Part shown: positions 30,411 through 42,590 of the stretch, in pieces
Position numbering within the stretch: the stretch's first letter is position 1
Layout of the letters: each line of letters begins with the position of its first letter
DNA from: an uncultured Candidatus Saccharibacteria bacterium
Lineage (GTDB): Bacteria > Patescibacteriota > Minisyncoccia > Ryanbacterales > GWA2-47-10b
Assembly (NCBI GenBank): GCA_964356915.1
Contig: CAYHJF010000001.1
Location: forward strand, 4,664-68,663
Direction of reading: 5' to 3'
DNA: 64,000 nt
Translations under genes and position numbers: made by a program
Notes under the pieces: generated by a model
Database searches by the model: none
Told to the model about the DNA's origin: nothing
What the model saw: the letters and a program-made list of their open reading frames with translations, nothing else

Positions 30411-31079
30411 TTAAACAACAACGGAACTAAATGCTTTGTTCCAATCAAGGTTCCTCGTAACAAACATCACAAAACCCAAAAGAGCAAAAAGTAGCAAAGC
30501 ACCAGAGAGAAGCGCAAATGTCTCAAGATGCAAAACTAGAAGTAAGTACGAATAGATAACTGTCAAAAAAACTGCGATGGTTATACTGCCTATTTTTGTT
30601 TTCAAAATAAAATTGCTATAGAGCGAGATAAGACCGATGGTCATTACTGCGGCTATAATATATGCCCAAAAAAATCCAATATGCTCCATAAAAGCAAGCA
30701 ACAATAGGTAGAATTCAGCGAGCCCTAAACCTACAAGCAGGTACTGAATAGGATGAAGCTTCAGATGATACATGACCTCAATCAGAAAAAATGCAAGGAA
30801 TGTAAGTGAAATAAACAAAATCGCATACTTGAGTACTCTGTCGACAAGACGGTAAACACTAATACCAGTTTCTTTATCAAATCCAGACAACCTACCGTGA
30901 ATGAGTACCGCGGAGGTATCGCCCGAATTATTTTGTACGGCCTGCGATTGATATTCAAGCCGGTCATTTACTACTTGCTGCACGAAAAAACTAGCAGCTA
31001 AGCTCACTATAAGAACTGCTCCGATTGAAATAGCCTTGAAGGCAAAAGCAATCTGTCCCGCAAAAGGAAAGGACCTCAT
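30411..31079 (-). CDS. CreD-family inner membrane protein (short form)
   Basis: YRLVDRVLKYAILFI, LHPIQYLLVGLGL..FYLLLLAFMEHIGF, MFVTRNLDW. Confidence 0.85.
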   Translation of the reverse strand: MRSFPFAGQIAFAFKAISIGAVLIVSLAASFFVQQVVNDRLEYQSQAVQNNSGDTSAVLIHGRLSGFDKETGISVYRLVDRVLKYAILFISLTFLAFFLIEVMYHLKLHPIQYLLVGLGLAEFYLLLLAFMEHIGFFWAYIIAAVMTIGLISLYSNFILKTKIGSITIAVFLTVIYSYLLLVLHLETFALLSGALLLFALLGFVMFVTRNLDWNKAFSSVVV

Positions 31080-31127
31080 TTAAGGATATAACAATATCTG
31101 AGCAACAAAGGTAACACTTCTTTAATT

Positions 31128-31263
31128 AGTTGCGGGGGTTGGATTTGGTTTGCCTTATCGCAAACCCGCGGCATGCCCCCAGCATGCCGTTCAAATCCTC
31201 CCGCCTCCCTACGAATGCATAAATAAAAAAAGCTGACACATTGTGCCAACTTTTTTATTTATG
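31128..31263 (-). repeat. Structured mini-element downstream of tRNA-fMet ending in a 20-bp duplicate of the tRNA 3' end
   Basis: agttgcgggggttggatttg at 31128-31147 is identical to 31264-31283; hairpins and an inverted T-arm copy lie in between. Confidence 0.8.
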
Positions 31264-31265
31264 AG

Positions 31266-31339
31266 TTGCGGGGGTTGGATTTGAACCAACGACCTCAAGG
31301 TTATGAGCCTTGCGAGCTACCAGGCTGCTCCACCCCGCG
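31266..31339 (-). tRNA. Initiator tRNA-fMet(CAT)
   Basis: CGCGGGGTGGAGCAGCCTGGTAGCTCG, C1:A72 mismatch, loop CTCATAA. Confidence 0.95.
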
Positions 31340-31369
31340 AATTACAGTATACGCTTATTTTTTACTTTT

Positions 31370-32764
31370 TCAAGCGATCGCCTCTTCAAATGCCCCCGCG
31401 GTACGCAAAAGCGCGTAGTCAGCAAATCGTTTACCAATCAATTGCATACCAACAGGCAAATTTTCCACCTTACCGATCGGGAGTGTAATACCTGGAAGAC
31501 CTGCGAGATTAACGGGAACCGTATAAATATCTTCAAGATACATCGCGAGCGGATCATTAAGTTTTTCGCCAAACTTAAAAGGTAGAGCGGGAGATGACGG
31601 GAGCGCAATTGCATCTACTTTTTCAAATGCCTTTTCAAAATCCCCCGTAACAAGCGTCCGCACTTTCTGAGCGGTTAAATAAAATGCATCATAATATCCA
31701 TGTGAGAGCACGTACGCGCCGAGCGCGATACGTCGCTTTACTTCAGAGCCAAGTCCTGCGGCACGCGTCTTTTTATACCCTTCAAAAAGATTAGCGGCAT
31801 CGCCTCGCACTCCATAGCGCACACCATCAAACCGTGAAAGATTACTTGAAACCTCTGCGGGAACAATGATGTAATAACACGCAAGCGCATACTCTGCATT
31901 TGGTAACGCAATAGGCTCAAATCGAAACCCCTTACTCCCTGCTTTTTTAAATGCCTCCTCCATAGCTCCGCGAATACGCGTGTCGAGCCCCGCTTTCAAA
32001 AAATCTTCGGGAACACCAATAACAAACTCCTTCTTGTCGCTTACTTCTTCTTTAATATCAGTCGAGGTCTGATCAAGCGAATCTTTGCCTTCAATCGCAC
32101 GAAAAACAATTTCCGCGTCTTCTACGGAAGTCGCAAAAGGACCTATTTGATCAAAGCTCGATGCCATCGCGATAAGTCCCGAGCGCGAAACCCGTCCATA
32201 GCTCGGCTTGAAACCAACAACGCCACAAAAACCCGCGGGCTGACGAATCGATCCTCCTGTATCAGAGCCGAGTGCCACGGGTGCCATACCAGCAGCAACA
32301 GCTGCTGCAGATCCTCCCGATGAACCCCCCGGTACACGCTCAAGATCATGAGGATTTTTTGTTGGGCCAAATGCAGAATTTTCAGTTGACCCACCCATCG
32401 CGAACTCATCAAGATTCGTCTTACCAAGAATAATAGCTCCTGCTGTTTTTAACTTTGAAACAACACTTGCATCATATGAAGCAATATACTTCTCTAAAAT
32501 TTTTGACGCCGCAGTTGTTCGCTTACCCTCAACGAGAATATTATCTTTGAGCGCAATCGGGATACCCTCTAATACGCCGAGTGACTCTCCTTTAGCGATC
32601 TTTGCATCGATACGATCAGCATGCCTACGAGCATCGTCCTCATACACCTCAAGAAACGCATGAATAGCGAGATCCTTTCCCGCTATGGTACCTAGATGAG
32701 AATCTGTGAGCTCTCGCGCCGATAATTCTTTAGATATAAGTTTTTTATGAAGGTCGTGAATCAT
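31370..32764 (-). CDS. gatA: Asp/Glu-tRNA amidotransferase subunit A
   Basis: GKTNLDEFAMG, PGGSSGGSAAAV, GSDTGGSIRQPA. Confidence 0.97.
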   Translation of the reverse strand: MIHDLHKKLISKELSARELTDSHLGTIAGKDLAIHAFLEVYEDDARRHADRIDAKIAKGESLGVLEGIPIALKDNILVEGKRTTAASKILEKYIASYDASVVSKLKTAGAIILGKTNLDEFAMGGSTENSAFGPTKNPHDLERVPGGSSGGSAAAVAAGMAPVALGSDTGGSIRQPAGFCGVVGFKPSYGRVSRSGLIAMASSFDQIGPFATSVEDAEIVFRAIEGKDSLDQTSTDIKEEVSDKKEFVIGVPEDFLKAGLDTRIRGAMEEAFKKAGSKGFRFEPIALPNAEYALACYYIIVPAEVSSNLSRFDGVRYGVRGDAANLFEGYKKTRAAGLGSEVKRRIALGAYVLSHGYYDAFYLTAQKVRTLVTGDFEKAFEKVDAIALPSSPALPFKFGEKLNDPLAMYLEDIYTVPVNLAGLPGITLPIGKVENLPVGMQLIGKRFADYALLRTAGAFEEAIA

Positions 32765-32766
32765 AT

Positions 32767-33069
32767 TTACTCTCCTCCAAATACTTTTTTTACCTTCAGA
32801 TAGTGCTCAAATGATTCTGGGAAGGCATCTCTCAATGCATCTGTACGCTTTGCATTTTCGACACTATTCGCATCCACACGCAACGCGCGATCTTCTGGCG
32901 CAAAAGAGATGGTTGGAGAAACCTCGCCAAGAGGAGCTGATTGTAATTTGCGAATATACTCAAGAATCGCATCGATCTCTTTTGGAAAACGTGCAAGCTC
33001 TTCTTCGGTAACCTCAATCTTTGCAAGCTCAAAGAGTCGCTTCACATCTTCGGGAGTAATCATACCCAT
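32767..33069 (-). CDS. gatC: Asp/Glu-tRNA amidotransferase subunit C
   Basis: ITPEDVKRLFELAKIE..ILEYIRKL..LRVD..YLKVKKV; upstream of gatA. Confidence 0.9.
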   Translation of the reverse strand: MGMITPEDVKRLFELAKIEVTEEELARFPKEIDAILEYIRKLQSAPLGEVSPTISFAPEDRALRVDANSVENAKRTDALRDAFPESFEHYLKVKKVFGGE

Positions 33070-33081
33070 TACCCTAGCATG

Positions 33082-35806
<2,725 letters not shown>

Positions 35807-35807
35807 G

Positions 35808-36401
35808 CTAATCAAGTGAGTTTCTGTTAATGGTTGTCTGTACTACGAGCAGTGATTGACGAGGATCAACACCGGGAGTGATTCCTCTCATTAATATCGT
35901 CACTCGTGATTGATACAGGTCACTGCTCGCACCTGCGATAAAAAACCGTAGCATCTCTATATCAACTTCGGGCGCTGTCACAGGTAAAAATTGTTCCGTA
36001 TCAAAAACTCCATCTATACTATCTTTTTTTACAATACATGAAAGACCGCCCGCACACTCGAGAGGATTATTTATACTCCGCTTGAGTATAACGGTATGGG
36101 TAATCGGAACGCCCGCGACCGTACGCTGAATAATATAAGAAAAACATTCATCATCTGTCTGCGTTGCGTCCAGCAACCCATCGCAACGCGACCCCGGACC
36201 TTGCTCATAATCTGCTCCTGTGCGAATCTCCCGACTCAACGCTTCAAGCGCAAACCGAATATTATCTTGGTTTGTTTGCGCAAAAATAGTTTTTTGCTGA
36301 CCAGAACTTAATATACTCAGTGACGAAACGCCCGTTACTGCAACCACGGAAAAAAGAGCGAGAGCAACCAAGATTTCAAATAATGTAAAAGCGCGTTGCA
36401 T
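35808..36401 (-). CDS. PilW-like minor pilin
   Basis: RA|FTLFEILVAL; FALEALSREIRTG. Confidence 0.8.
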   Translation of the reverse strand: MQRAFTLFEILVALALFSVVAVTGVSSLSILSSGQQKTIFAQTNQDNIRFALEALSREIRTGADYEQGPGSRCDGLLDATQTDDECFSYIIQRTVAGVPITHTVILKRSINNPLECAGGLSCIVKKDSIDGVFDTEQFLPVTAPEVDIEMLRFFIAGASSDLYQSRVTILMRGITPGVDPRQSLLVVQTTINRNSLD

Positions 36402-36403
36402 AA

Positions 36404-37102
36404 TTATCGGTTCAAATGGGGAGTAAGATAAGAAATAACGGTTACCGGACGAGTACCCGAAAAACGATCACGCCACGTAACTCGAGATTCCACTTTCATA
36501 TCTATACGCTCAGGAGAAGGATCGCCCGGCCATGTGAGCGGATCACTAACGGCGACTGGAGTCACGATGATTGTACGAGTAAATAAAGAAGAAGTCCCTG
36601 GACCATAATAATAAAGTCCTGTTGTTGGTTCTTGAGTCAACTGCAAGCATGTTGCCCCATCCCCCGCACAAGAAATAAACGTAACATCATCATTTGTAAT
36701 ATCCCCAAGAGCGCTCCACGTCGCCCGACAACCTATCGGATTGTTACAAATAACTATACCTCCGTATCCCGTTTCATTCGTAATACCCATATATATATTA
36801 CCACCTCCAGGCAATGGCCCCGGACCATCATCATTTGGATTGCATCCGTCACCAATAACACAATCATCACTTGGATCAGCCGGCGTATCATTTTCCAATA
36901 CTCGAAGATAATTTGAGTCTCGTTTATTACGCACGAGCTCAACTCCCTCTTGAGCAAGATTCGCAGCAATCAATTGATTCTTAAAAACGGAAATGGAAGC
37001 GAGACCAAGCTGTGAAAGATTCATAGCTCCAAGAAGCCCGACCAATAGAATGGCAATCGCAACAATAGTCTCAAGAAGTGAAAAACTCTTTTCCAATTTC
37101 AT
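36404..37102 (-). CDS. PilV-like minor pilin
   Basis: KS|FSLLETIVAI; AANLAQEGVELVRNKRD; C-terminal VESRVTW. Confidence 0.8.
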   Translation of the reverse strand: MKLEKSFSLLETIVAIAILLVGLLGAMNLSQLGLASISVFKNQLIAANLAQEGVELVRNKRDSNYLRVLENDTPADPSDDCVIGDGCNPNDDGPGPLPGGGNIYMGITNETGYGGIVICNNPIGCRATWSALGDITNDDVTFISCAGDGATCLQLTQEPTTGLYYYGPGTSSLFTRTIIVTPVAVSDPLTWPGDPSPERIDMKVESRVTWRDRFSGTRPVTVISYLTPHLNR

Positions 37103-37815
37103 GCCTCAACAGCGATTTGACCAGTAAGCCACACTGTTACTGTACTACAAACTGGATCTACAACATCCGAAATACCATTCCATGTCGCACACTGACCAGT
37201 AAACGATGCGGGCGCAAGGAAAATCTTATACGGACCGATACCGCCACCATCCAACTGAAAATACGTTCCGTCTTTGCGCGTATAAATATCAATCGCGGGG
37301 TCAGGACGAGAAAAAAGTACGTGCAAATTATCTTCATTGCGATCACCTCCCGTCCCATCATCAAAAGGACATGCCCCACAAGGACGCAGAATTTGATTGA
37401 CGCGAATATCCTGCGTAAACTGATACTCCGTTACGCACTCAACTGTATCAAGCCCGCACTCTTCCGTACCAACAGTATACGGATCATATACTCCTGGATC
37501 ATTCCCGGCAAAATCTCTATCCGTAAACATAATAAAACCGCCCGGCGTTGTTAGATCAACATTAATACCGAAGTTTAATGGAAAACAATCAGGCGCCCCA
37601 GGTGTCGTGCACGCAGCCTGTGAAATCGCGACGGATCTATTCTCAGCATCGCGAAGCGCAAGCCCCAAAGAACGCGCTGACCGCCCCATCGCAAGACTTC
37701 TATTAAACTGCGGGAAGTTTACTAAAATCAATGTCGACATAAAGGCAATCACCGACATCGTGACAAGAAGTTCGGCAATAGTAAAACCTTTTTTATCGTT
37801 AAATAACTGTGACAT
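37099..37815 (-). CDS. FimT/FimU-like minor pilin
   Basis: KKG|FTIAELLVTM. Confidence 0.8.
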   Translation of the reverse strand: MSQLFNDKKGFTIAELLVTMSVIAFMSTLILVNFPQFNRSLAMGRSARSLGLALRDAENRSVAISQAACTTPGAPDCFPLNFGINVDLTTPGGFIMFTDRDFAGNDPGVYDPYTVGTEECGLDTVECVTEYQFTQDIRVNQILRPCGACPFDDGTGGDRNEDNLHVLFSRPDPAIDIYTRKDGTYFQLDGGGIGPYKIFLAPASFTGQCATWNGISDVVDPVCSTVTVWLTGQIAVEA

Positions 37816-38575
37816 AACTATAGTATGCAGCAAATCCAGGAAGAACATGCATAAGAAACGTAATAAATGTCCCAAGTGCTAAAAATGGACCGAATGGTAT
37901 CTCTGTTTTACGTGTTGCGACTCGACGTAACAAAAGCATGATACCCCACCCAGCTCCGAGCCAAAATGCGAGAACAATAGCAATAATAATTTCTGGATAC
38001 CCAAGAAAAATACCAAGGGAAAACGCGAGCTTGGCATCTCCAAAGCCCATCCACGCGCCATTTGATACAAACCATAATCCTCCAAAAAATAAAAAGGCCC
38101 CAACCCCTGCTAGTAAGTCATATGCTATCCCTAACCCTGAAACTGACGAGAACTGTATTCCCTCAAAAAGAATCGCAAAAAATAAAAGCGTGAGTGAAAG
38201 TTGGTCCGGAATAATCAAATGACGCAAATCATATACGGAAGCGGCAAGTAAGGTCAAAAAGAAACCTGAAATCACTAAAAATCGCAGTGGCATATCAAGC
38301 GGACTCACCGTAAAGCCCACAGACACAACGATGCACGCGGCAAAAAGCTCAACGAGCGGATACTGGACTGAAAGCTGAGTTTTACAATACCGACATCGAC
38401 CCCAAATGATCGTATAACTTAAGAGTGGGATCAAATCATACCATCGAAGCTGTTCGAGACATGAAAGACATCGAGACCGCCCACGCGCAATAGTTTCACC
38501 TGTGTTGAGTCTAAATACAAGAACATTGATAAAACTACCAAGCGCGAGCCCAAGAACAAAAAGAAGAATGCTCAT
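37799..38575 (-). CDS. pilD: Prepilin peptidase
   Basis: GSFINV, RSRCLSC, GRCRYC, MGFGDAKL, IPFGPFL. Confidence 0.95.
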   Translation of the reverse strand: MSILLFVLGLALGSFINVLVFRLNTGETIARGRSRCLSCLEQLRWYDLIPLLSYTIIWGRCRYCKTQLSVQYPLVELFAACIVVSVGFTVSPLDMPLRFLVISGFFLTLLAASVYDLRHLIIPDQLSLTLLFFAILFEGIQFSSVSGLGIAYDLLAGVGAFLFFGGLWFVSNGAWMGFGDAKLAFSLGIFLGYPEIIIAIVLAFWLGAGWGIMLLLRRVATRKTEIPFGPFLALGTFITFLMHVLPGFAAYYSYVTVI

Positions 38576-38581
38576 TGGTGA

Positions 38582-39055
38582 TCACGGTTCTTCGCAATAC
38601 GCGGGATTATCACAGTCGACACCAGCAATCGTACCGTTCAAATCATTATTCAAGGCAGTATTATTTACGTCCTCCAAAACCGCCTTTATAAGATAGCCTG
38701 TCGCCTGTGTACACCCCGGGGCGTCGCATGCCGCGCCCGAACCATCACGCGCCTGATATGTATAAACATACGAGCCACCATTGATTGGATCTGGGGAAAT
38801 ACGCGCTATGTATCCTTGTGTTGCGAGCGGCGTCATATCAATACCAATAGGAAATGAGTGATTTGCTTCAAAATATTGTTCGAGAGCAGTACGAAACTGC
38901 TTAACGTCTGACAAGCGACGAGCATCTCTACTTTTTACTCGGGCTTCTCGAAGAGCAGCGAGAACGTAACTAGATAAAATACCGATAATTGCCAGTACAA
39001 CAAGGAGTTCTATAAGCGTGAAACCTCCCTTCTTTAATTGACGAGCAGTAATCAT
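38582..39055 (-). CDS. Type IV pilin (GspG-like)
   Basis: GG|FTLIELLVVLAIIG, SRDARRLSDV. Confidence 0.9.
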   Translation of the reverse strand: MITARQLKKGGFTLIELLVVLAIIGILSSYVLAALREARVKSRDARRLSDVKQFRTALEQYFEANHSFPIGIDMTPLATQGYIARISPDPINGGSYVYTYQARDGSGAACDAPGCTQATGYLIKAVLEDVNNTALNNDLNGTIAGVDCDNPAYCEEP

Positions 39056-39092
39056 TAATCATTATTATACATCATAATGTCCTCGAAGCGCT

Positions 39093-39127
39093 ACATAAAA
39101 AGACCCCTCTCGGGGTCTTTTTATGTG
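39093..39127 (-). terminator. Intrinsic terminator after the putative major pilin
   Basis: ACATAAAAAGACCCC / GGGGTCTTTTTATGT inverted repeat. Confidence 0.75.
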
Positions 39128-39142
39128 ACTTTCGATAGTTTA

Positions 39143-39685
39143 TTAGTTTACGATATCATAACACTGATCCGCAACTATACCATCCGTCGTGTCACAGTTA
39201 GCATCTTCACCATCAAATCCCCATGTCGCTGTAGGTCCCTTACTGGCATCCGTTAAAAGAGCATTGTTCGTCGTCTCTTCAAGTTCAGCTCCTATATGAT
39301 ACCCAAGACAATCATTGGCATCGGCCACATCACAAACGCCACCTGCGGCACCATCGACAAGATTCTCATACGCGTAATCACCACCATTTGGATCCTGTGG
39401 AAGACTACCTATGTACGTTGGAGCGATATCACTAACACCTGTCTGCGCCGCTTCATCGATAGCATCTGGATATCCTGCCTCACCAGAGCATCGAGCATCA
39501 AAACAAAGCTCCAATGCAAGACGAATCTGACCGAGGTCAGCAATACGACGAGTATCGCGACTCTTACGACGAGCTGTGTTGAGACTTGCCAACACGATAG
39601 ATGCAAGAACACCGATAATTGCGATTACGACCAAAAGTTCGATGAGCGTAAACGCCTTCTGTTTCTTCGAAAGTTTTGTAAACAT
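39143..39685 (-). CDS. Type IV pilin, likely the major pilin
   Basis: KA|FTLIELLVVIAIIGVLAS; own upstream intergenic region and downstream terminator. Confidence 0.9.
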   Translation of the reverse strand: MFTKLSKKQKAFTLIELLVVIAIIGVLASIVLASLNTARRKSRDTRRIADLGQIRLALELCFDARCSGEAGYPDAIDEAAQTGVSDIAPTYIGSLPQDPNGGDYAYENLVDGAAGGVCDVADANDCLGYHIGAELEETTNNALLTDASKGPTATWGFDGEDANCDTTDGIVADQCYDIVN

Positions 39686-39840
39686 TTTGTTTACTAAATT
39701 ATGTAAAACAACCTTTTTTGATAAATAGTGAGAACGATCACTCTGTGAAGAGTACGGGGTTCATTATACCAAGATTAAAGATTCTCTTCTCCTCAAGGTT
39801 GTGGATAATGTATAACTTACCCCTTCTGATAAGATGCCTT

Positions 39841-41049
39841 CTAAAACGCGTTCGCCAAGTTGTAGATAGGAGACATGACGGCAACGACGATAAAACCAAC
39901 TCCGATACCTAAGACAAGTATCAAAATTGGCTCAATCAAACTTACCAAGTTATCCACAAGATTATTGACCTCGTGCTCATAAAAGCGAGAAACCGCCCTC
40001 AAAAGCTGATCGAGCTTACCCGTCTCTTCTCCTACCCGAATCATCTGCGTTAAAAGTGAAGGAATCTCTGGATGTTTCGCAAAAGCGTCAGAGATACTCG
40101 AACCACCACGAACTGCCTCAACTGCCTCAAGCACGATACTCCGATAGATTTCATTACCCACAACCTCGGCAGTAATTTCAAGAGCGCGCACGATTGGGAT
40201 ACCTCCCGCAACCAACGTCTGCAAGTTATCCGCAAGACGCGATAAATAAAGTTTCTGATAAAGATTACCAACGACCGGCACCTGAAGTTGCGCGCGATTC
40301 CATGCCCTACTTCCATCTGGCGTGCGCTTATACCATACGAGAAACCCGGAAATAGCCATGAGAAGCAAGATAATCAAAATCCAATAGTTCCGTAAAATAT
40401 CACTCATCCCGATAACAATACGCGTATAGAGAGGCAAGGCCTGCCCCGCCTCTTCAATAATCTTAGAGATCTTTGGCACGATACTCGTCAGCATGTACAC
40501 CATGATGCCGACAAACGCCAAGAGTATGAACATCGGATAGATAAGCGCGTTTCGCGCTTTAGTCATAATCGTATAGGTACGCTCCAGATAATCTGCAAGA
40601 TAGGTAAATACCTCATCGAGTCGTCCAGCCTCTTCACCCGCATGCACCATTTGAACAAAAAAAGCCGAGAATACCTCTTCATGCTTCGCCATCGCCTGAG
40701 ACATAGAACTACCGCCCTGAATATCATCGAGAATCGCAGCGAGATGATACTTCATTGGGGTTGCCTCCGCCTCCCCAATTAATGTCTGAAAAGTGCGCAC
40801 AACCGGAACCTTGGCCTCAAAGAGCGTCGCGAGCTGTCGAGCAAGAATCACAACGTCACGTTGCTTAATATGTCGGAATCGAGAAAGTAATGCGCCTGAC
40901 CATGTAGCCCCTGGGTCTGAAGATACAAGCTTTACTACAATCAGGTTCTGACGCTGCAATGCTTGCACTGCTGTCTCTGAACTCGGAGCTTCTATTGTCC
41001 CTTTCCGCTCAGCACCTTCAAGCGTGCGCGCTATATACGTAAACTGCAT
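39841..41049 (-). CDS. pilC: Type IV pilus platform protein
   Basis: AGEEAGRLD, ALIYP, VGEETGKLD, LIEPILI. Confidence 0.93.
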   Translation of the reverse strand: MQFTYIARTLEGAERKGTIEAPSSETAVQALQRQNLIVVKLVSSDPGATWSGALLSRFRHIKQRDVVILARQLATLFEAKVPVVRTFQTLIGEAEATPMKYHLAAILDDIQGGSSMSQAMAKHEEVFSAFFVQMVHAGEEAGRLDEVFTYLADYLERTYTIMTKARNALIYPMFILLAFVGIMVYMLTSIVPKISKIIEEAGQALPLYTRIVIGMSDILRNYWILIILLLMAISGFLVWYKRTPDGSRAWNRAQLQVPVVGNLYQKLYLSRLADNLQTLVAGGIPIVRALEITAEVVGNEIYRSIVLEAVEAVRGGSSISDAFAKHPEIPSLLTQMIRVGEETGKLDQLLRAVSRFYEHEVNNLVDNLVSLIEPILILVLGIGVGFIVVAVMSPIYNLANAF

Positions 41050-41058
41050 ACGTAGTCG

Positions 41059-42120
41059 TTAGCGAAGCATCCGCAACTCCTGCGGATTAAGAGAAAACGC
41101 GATCGCGCTCTCCATGGTAATCTCGCCTTTTTGTAAAAGCTCTTTAAGACAACGATTGAGACTGATCATGCCCTCTTGCGAACTTGTATCAATAACAAGA
41201 TCTATCTCATGAATACGTCTTTCACGAATCAAGTTACGAATAGCCGCATTTGCAATCATGAGCTCATAAGCGGGGACAAGACCTCCTGATATACGGGGTA
41301 CGAGGCGTTGGGAAAAAATACCAATAAGAGAGTTGGCAAGCTGAGCACGAATCTGTTCTTGCTGCCCCCCAGGAAAGCTATCAATAATGCGATCGATAGT
41401 CTGTGCGGCATTATTTGTGTGGAGCGAAGAAAAAATGAGGTGACCCGTCTCTGCTGCGGTCACTGCCGTTGAGATCGTCTCGAAGTCGCGCATCTCACCG
41501 ATCATCGCGACATTTACGTCCTGACGAAACATACTACGCATCGCAATATTAAAATCTGCGGTATCTGAGCGAATCTCACGCTGGTCGATAATCGATCGAT
41601 CTGCCGCAAAGAGATATTCAATCGGGTCTTCAACGGTCAAAATATGCTCTGCGCGCTCATGGTTAATAAGATCAATAATCGCAGCAAGCGTTGTTGTTTT
41701 CCCCTGTCCTGTTGGGCCTACAACAAGAAAAAATCCCTGTTCCTTGCGCGCAAACTCTTTTAAAATCGGAGGTAATGTAAGCTCCTCTACCCCACGAATC
41801 TTGACCGGCACCAAACGCATCGCGCATCCAACAAATCCTCTCTGATAAAAAATATTTGCTCGAAAGCGCGCTCGTCCTTTGTGGTCAAAGGAAAAATCCA
41901 TTTCTTTCTTTGCGACAAACTCTTCCTTATGCTCTTTACTGAGCATTGCAAAGACAAGCCCTTCTACCACATTAGGAGTGAGAATTTGTTTTTGCGTAAG
42001 AGGTAACAGCGCTCCCTGAACGCGAAGAGTCGGATAGTGCCCTACCGACAAATGAAGGTCGGAGGCGTCCTCTCGAATAACAGTTGTAATTAAATCTTCA
42101 AGTTCTCGTGCAAATTCCAT
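41059..42120 (-). CDS. pilT: Pilus retraction ATPase
   Basis: ASDLHL, GPTGQGKTTT, EDPIEY, GEMRD, AAETGHL. Confidence 0.93.
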   Translation of the reverse strand: MEFARELEDLITTVIREDASDLHLSVGHYPTLRVQGALLPLTQKQILTPNVVEGLVFAMLSKEHKEEFVAKKEMDFSFDHKGRARFRANIFYQRGFVGCAMRLVPVKIRGVEELTLPPILKEFARKEQGFFLVVGPTGQGKTTTLAAIIDLINHERAEHILTVEDPIEYLFAADRSIIDQREIRSDTADFNIAMRSMFRQDVNVAMIGEMRDFETISTAVTAAETGHLIFSSLHTNNAAQTIDRIIDSFPGGQQEQIRAQLANSLIGIFSQRLVPRISGGLVPAYELMIANAAIRNLIRERRIHEIDLVIDTSSQEGMISLNRCLKELLQKGEITMESAIAFSLNPQELRMLR

Positions 42121-42157
42121 GCGCGTATATCCCTAGTAGCCCGACGCACTCTCTCAC

Positions 42158-42544
42158 CTATCCGCTTTTTTTGGAAAGGTGGTACTTTACCTTCTCTACT
42201 ACCTCACGCGGCGTAAAGTGAGCCTTGATCACATAATCATCAGCTCCAAGATGCATTCCTCGCTCAATATCTTCTTTCTGACCAAGATTGGAAAGAATAA
42301 TAATAGTAGAACCTGCGGCAAGATTATCTTTCTTAATCCGTTGTAATACCTCAAAACCATCAAGTGCCGGCATAATAATGTCGAGCAAAATCGCGTCGTA
42401 TTTATTCTTGGCAATCTTGAGGAGCGCATCCTCGCCCGAAGGAGCAATCTCAATATCAAAACCCGCCTCCTTAAATTTGAGGGAGTACATATCGAGCAAG
42501 AACTCGTCATCATCCACCAGTAGAATTTTCACATTGTCAGACAT
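42158..42544 (-). CDS. Single-domain response regulator
   Basis: ILLVDDD, LLDIIMP..DG, GADDYVIK. Confidence 0.92.
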   Translation of the reverse strand: MSDNVKILLVDDDEFLLDMYSLKFKEAGFDIEIAPSGEDALLKIAKNKYDAILLDIIMPALDGFEVLQRIKKDNLAAGSTIIILSNLGQKEDIERGMHLGADDYVIKAHFTPREVVEKVKYHLSKKSG

Positions 42545-42590
42545 GTTGTATCAGTATGCCAAAAAAATAATAGCTCCAGCCTTTCCTCTA

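Noticed and set aside
21100-31127. Prophage or integron
   Set aside because: No structural, terminase or integrase genes and no recognisable attC sites; gene orientation is mixed
31295-31315. Initiator tRNA anticodon stem with AGG/CCT instead of GGG/CCC
   Set aside because: Known tolerated variant in some bacteria; the other initiator features are intact
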